This document shows, one piece after another, positions 58,545 through 64,000 of a stretch of DNA of 64,000 nt. Each line of letters starts with the position of its first letter. Within the stretch, counting starts at the first letter, position 1. The stretch is from Oculina patagonica (lineage: Eukaryota), in contig NC_135761.1 of NCBI RefSeq assembly GCF_052425735.1, positions 50,406,001 through 50,470,000 of the forward strand. The letters run 5' to 3'. Under the pieces are notes generated by a model. It ran no database searches and was not told the DNA's origin. It saw nothing but the letters and a program-made list of their open reading frames with translations. Position numbers and translations under genes: made by a program.

Positions 58545-61500
58545 TATATCAGGCTTTTTTAGCCTGCGTTGCAGCCGGACGCGTCACAAAATCCTCGATA
58601 TAGTCGGTTTAGATTGTCTGCGACCCAAGCTAGCTATTTTTTGTTATTATTCAGGAATATAATCATCGTCATTTAGATTCGCTATATATCGGTGATGAGT
58701 TCCAATTGGGACGAATACAGCTGTCCGCGGTTGACAATCCTGCTGTATCGGTTCTAGTCGTGGTGGTGTCTCGCAAAGTCTAACTGTTTTCAGTATGTAT
58801 GATCAGCCTTGCAGTACTGTTTGTCATTACTTCTAATTAACAATTCGACGGCAAGCTCGAGGTTTCCATCGCCTTATAGTTGGTGAGGTGGGGAGCCCCG
58901 GACCATCTATCAAAGTCGATAGAAACCGAGAGCGAGCCGTCTAATTATTTAAGCATAACCAAGATACCGATCTATTCAACAAAACGTTCGGCAAATGTCA
59001 CTTATTTATGTTTTTATCTGCTTTGCAATTGTCCTTGGCAAAGCAGTCTATCAAATATTAGACCGCGCTTGCGTGGCCAATCGGATTGCAAGGTTTCCCA
59101 ATAGTCGGCCACTGGGTTGTGTTAGTAATAATTAATATCACCATAGTTTGTGTGCCATTTATATCTATCTTTTCTTCATATGGATCGAATTCGAACATCC
59201 TCTAAAGTCTTGAAAAAATAAAACTATTTCTTTTTATTGCGTTGCTAATTCTATGAAATTGTAATGTCCATTGAAATACTACTTTCAATTAGTGATCGTT
59301 CGTGAATATGGGATCACAGAAGACTTTACTGCCAAACGAACCTTGTAGTATTTTATTTGTGATAATCAAAAACAAAATCGAAAAACTATTTCGTTTGCTC
59401 GACGTCTAGCCCCTTTACTGTTATTACTGGGGCTTAACAATTAAACTGTTTGCTTTTTTTTTTTTTGTTTTTGTTTTTTTTTTTTCATGGGTAACCTGAA
59501 TTTTGATGTTGTCATACTTGTGATCGACCCTTTTTGCTAACAACTGTTTAGACATTAACTACGTTGTAATTTAAATGACGGGAAAAGTATTCTTGAATCT
59601 TTACTGGAAATTCTATGGTAACGTATAGCCATTTTAAGGACTTGTCCCAGTTACATATTTTAAGAGGGAAATGGAATACAAATTAATTATATTTTCAACG
59701 AGTGTATCACTTTTCGCGTGCGCTTTAAAAAAAATAGTTCCTTAGCTTTACTTGAGGGGTCCTTTTATTTAACAATTTGACCGCTGATTAATTGAATTAT
59801 ATTGTCTATGAAACAAGTTACCGTGCTAATTTCGTTGCTGTTTTGTCACCCACATTTGACTCATCTATTTAAAATCATAACAAACAAATGTCTTGGTGAG
59901 CTGGATATTAAAAAAAAGACTTCAATTTTGTCGAATTAGTCAAAGCAAACGTGGCGGTAATGAGTATTTTGGTATTCGACAAAAATGCTTTTAGAGGTGT
60001 TTACAGGCGTTTATGGCCAGTTTCTAAAAATGTTGCCTTTTCAAATCTAAATTAAATTACGTAACCACTATATGTTGGGTTTTCGCCTGGAGCCACGTAC
60101 ATTGTAATATATTTTTTTTTCCATCTATCGGAAATGCAAAAGACCTCTAAACAGTTTGACGCCGTAATCTCGTTAAGGAAGAAGAAATTTTCCCGGTGAT
60201 ATCTGCCTAAGACACGGAACATTAAAAAGTGGACATATCGAGTAAGCTTACAAACGGGCGAACAGAAGTGAAGAGTTTTGAGTTAAAGCCTGACAAGAAC
60301 TTTGACAAGAACTTTGACCAGAGGAAAAGCATTTGGTTTCCACATTGTCTTCGATACTTTCTACCATCATTTGGATAGGTACGTTGAAAAGGTAGGTTAG
60401 AGAAGAACTTCAAATTCAACTATATAATGGACCGATTCATGCGCAATTCGAATGTATTGTTGGAAAAAGAATTAGAGTAGCGGAGTGGAAAGATTAATTT
60501 GGAATAATAAGGAGGTTTGGCATTTAAATCTCTTGAATATGGAAAATCATCATGTTTCTGCGACAGACCAAGCCTACATAAAATTTAGTTTCAACATTTC
60601 ATTTATTTTACTCCTTTATATATCTACATTTGAGGTGATAATTACAGAACTGTTGTACTATTGTCTAATTTGATTTCCATTCCTTTCGATTTGGAGTGTA
60701 ATTTCAAAATAGCTCAGAAAACCAATTAGCGAACAGTTTGAGGCTTTTCCTTCCATTTTCACTAAACCTAAAGTTGTCAACAGCGGTAGTAATTATATAT
60801 AATGCAAATACTTTAAAGTGAAGCTGATGGGAAAATCGCTGGCTCGCCAAACATATTAATGTAAAGCGAATCGCGCTGAATTAACTCTTTTTGGTTTTAT
60901 TTTCGAACCTCCATATCTTATCTCTTTTTTCACGATGTAGGTCTTTATTTTACGGTGAAATGACCAAGTTTCATATGCGTGCAAATCTTTAATTTATTTT
61001 ATTTTATCTGTTTCCGCACATTTGTTCACGTCGATTTACTTTTTGTTCACTTTTCTATTTTAAGAAGCAGCTAATGCAGGGGCAAAAACAGAAATTAAAT
61101 ACAGTTCCGGACGTCAGACATAAAGTATATGAATAATCACGGCCTACCTGGTGTTGCACGTGTGTAATTGCAAATGTGGTATTGTGCAAATAAAGGAAAA
61201 TAAAGTAAAAAGCACTACAGACTTTTGTTCCACACCATTATGCGTGTACCTGTAGTAGGGTCATATGTGGTAACAATAGACAAGTTTAACTATTTCATAT
61301 TATTGTCGTTCGTCGTGGTTTAACTTCCTTGCATGCGTGTACTATTTAACCATCCATTTCATCTACGAAAACAATAGACTTTGAAGTAAAGTATTATTAT
61401 TATTATTAAATACGTTTGTTGGAAACGCCTCGTTTTTTCTAGCCATATTAAGTCAGACAAAAATAAATAATCGAAAACAATGGTGAACATCGCTGGAGGA

Positions 61501-62479
61501 AAAAATGTAAATGCAATTGTCAAGATCTAGAATGTCCTTAGTCCGTTACACTTTTAACGCACAATCTATACATCGACTTTCAACATCTATAAACGTTACT
61601 CCTTACCTGAACAATAGATCAACGGACCTGTAACATTTCATCGACGTTTAGAAGTATTAAAAAACTTGAAAACTGTCAAAAAAATCCGTTTTTACTTAGC
61701 AAAGGCCAATCGTATGGTTGGCACTATTTGATGGTTCTCAAGGATATTGCCTTTGAAGAACATCTTGAGTGTTTTTGGTTGGAAGTGGTGTTTACTTGAA
61801 AGACAAAAAAATCCACATTAAGTGGCAACGTTGCTAAGATACTGTGACATAAGAAGGCTGCTATTTAATTTAGAAGAATAACACAGTCTGTATGTTTCAC
61901 AGCCAGGCAGGTGGTTCTATTTTAAGACGATGTAAGCATTGTATGCTAGAATAAGCTGGAATGTAAAGCTTTAATATCCTCAGACTTACCGATTGATCCA
62001 TGTTTTACACCCATTGACAAATTGAAATAGAACTACCCTCTCCAATACCCCATCATCAAAAGGCACAAAACGGTCATCTTCTCCGGAAGTGAGGTTAAAG
62101 TCGGCTCTTTTTGATATTTGGTGAGGCATTGGATTTGCAATTTTCGTTAATAATTAAATAACATGATAATTGAGGAAGAATAGGTTGGACAAAGCAGTAA
62201 TAAAACGGCTTCATATATTCAAAACGAACATCCGCGGCATTTAATTTTTATAAAAAAAGCTCACAGTGTTTAGTATTAAGAATGGTGTCCCTTTTATAGT
62301 AGTCTTGTGTGAGGATACGAGTCACTGAACCTTTTTCTGTTGTTGTCCTCGCTTTAGTAAAAACAAAAACGAAGACAAAAAGTAAACAAATCCTAGCCGC
62401 GCCGCCTTGCATCAACAACAAAACGTCTCTTTGCGTCGACATCTCGCGCAAAGACTACACGAAATGTTAAACGCTTTAA

Positions 62480-62718
62480 GGGACGGACCATTATTTTTTT
62501 GGAGGGGGGGGGGGGGGAGATGAAAAATAATGAAAAAATTGTTTGCAGGGCCTGGAAAGACAAAATAAATTGTTTGCAAACACGATATGTATAACAAAAA
62601 ATAGTAAGAATTTCGAAAAAAAATGTTTGCAGAGGTGCGTAAACTAAAAAAAAAAAAGTTTGCAGAGGAAGATTTTTCATCCCCCCCCCCCCCTCCCAAG
62701 AAAATAATGGTCCGTCCC
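62480..62718. mobile_element. MITE with TAA TSD (PIF/Harbinger-type)
   Basis: TIR GGGACGGACCATTATTT / AAATAATGGTCCGTCCC; TAA both sides; G-run/C-run subterminal. Confidence 0.85.
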
Positions 62719-64000
62719 TAAAGGTAAATACTTTCAGCCTGCATGTTTTCTGCCGGATATTTGGCTACAAAAATTCAAATATATTTCATGATGTTTTTCT
62801 TATTATTTTTGGCTCTTGTCTTTTTAATCTTACCTGCTAAAGAAATGTAAATTGATGGTGAGACTATTTTTAAGTACTTCACCTGTGTAAACAACGTCGG
62901 CATTTTCTCTATATACTGAATGGTCAAAAAATATACATATGAAAGCAGATAGTGGGAACACAAAAGTATTGGTTGCGTGTCTCCGCCAAAAAGGATTTAG
63001 CAAATAATACTTGCTGTACGATCGCTTGTAGTTAATTTTCTGACTACAAACATAGTATAATGCACGAAGGGAAATAAAAATTATATTATATAAGTCAGAT
63101 AATATTTTTTAAGGGAAAAAGTGCGAAATCCGTTAGTAAACTAATAATATTTTCTTCTGGAATTGAAAGATAATTTGGTCAGGTCTTTATAGCTTAGCAC
63201 AGAGTCTGTTGTTATGAAAAAAAAAAAAAGAAAAATAAATAAGACTTGGAAGAATAGAGTTTTTGAAAGTTTGAAATTTAGTCTCTGTATACCTAGGAGA
63301 ATTCGAAGACCTCTAGTCTTATCTGTGTTTTACCAAGAAAGAAGCAGTTAACGTTGTTGTATCTTCTCCTTGTCAACCGCAACTCATTGCATTTAATTTT
63401 TTCAGCATAAATTCGTTGCAATCAAATCCTGTGTTAAACTGTTTCGCTGAGAGATTTAACGAACATTAATGTGAACGAAGCGAGATGAGACGAAAACAAA
63501 TAAATTCGATAATCGACTGGCGTAAGTAATAAAACAGGTTACGATTTCCTCATTCTCTCAAGAGGCCTCTGCTGTATTCGGTGCAATCTCCCTTCTATGA
63601 TCTGATCGGGACTCTATGCGAAGAAGACAGGTTTGCTGACGGCCAAGATGAATGGAACAAGTCATGAATGGAAAGATACTCTCCTTTTTTCTCCTTAACG
63701 CGTAAGAGTGGAATAGTTTTAAATCTTAATTTACCCGAGTGTTCAAAATTTCTCTTAAACTTTTATACGTTTATGTGGTTAATTTTAATAACTTTGTTGA
63801 AAAAAAAAATGTGGGTATGAGTCAGTGGAGCAGTATTGAAGGCAAAAAGAAAGAGTTTACTAATTAAACGCAGTTTCGTTCGAATCATCTTCAGTAAAAC
63901 AGATAAATACTGGACAAAAGTCATGATACACCTGTGACTTTGAAACCGCTTACCCTAAAAACCCCTTATAATTAAAAGGATTACGCTATGGATACCGCAA

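Noticed and set aside
56500-64000. Possible coding content in the right-hand region
   Set aside because: Only short ORFs without recognisable motifs; likely intronic or upstream DNA of H or intergenic sequence. Small exons cannot be excluded.

Overview
AT-rich animal genomic DNA, inferred to be cnidarian/stony coral from the repeat families and receptor type. It has two assembly gaps (8443-8942, 22386-22555). The core is a tandem array of eight co-oriented (minus-strand) class A GPCR genes with intronless coding regions, labelled A-H left to right. All share an unusual signature: Asp3.32 plus an acidic 3.29, no Cys3.25, CxxC in ECL3, and NPxxY without Pro. The array shows birth-and-death evolution: a B/D chimera (C), a lost ATG (B), a nonsense-truncated copy (E) and a copy whose C-terminus is encoded by a MITE (F). 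Between B and C lies an ~8.6 kb Helentron/DINE-1-like element. It hosts a complete two-gene PIF/Harbinger transposon (TIRs, TTA TSD, intact DDE transposase, Myb/SANT gene), a MITE and a tRNA-SINE. Empty sites for both large insertions are present elsewhere in the window. Also present are a discoidin (F5/8 type C) exon, a Penelope-type fragment with a minimal hammerhead ribozyme, many MITEs/SINEs, and hairpin-ended elements of uncertain class. I cannot demonstrate a wholly new system. The best candidates are the receptor subfamily and its TE-driven diversification, the large Helentron-like carrier, and the hairpin-ended elements.
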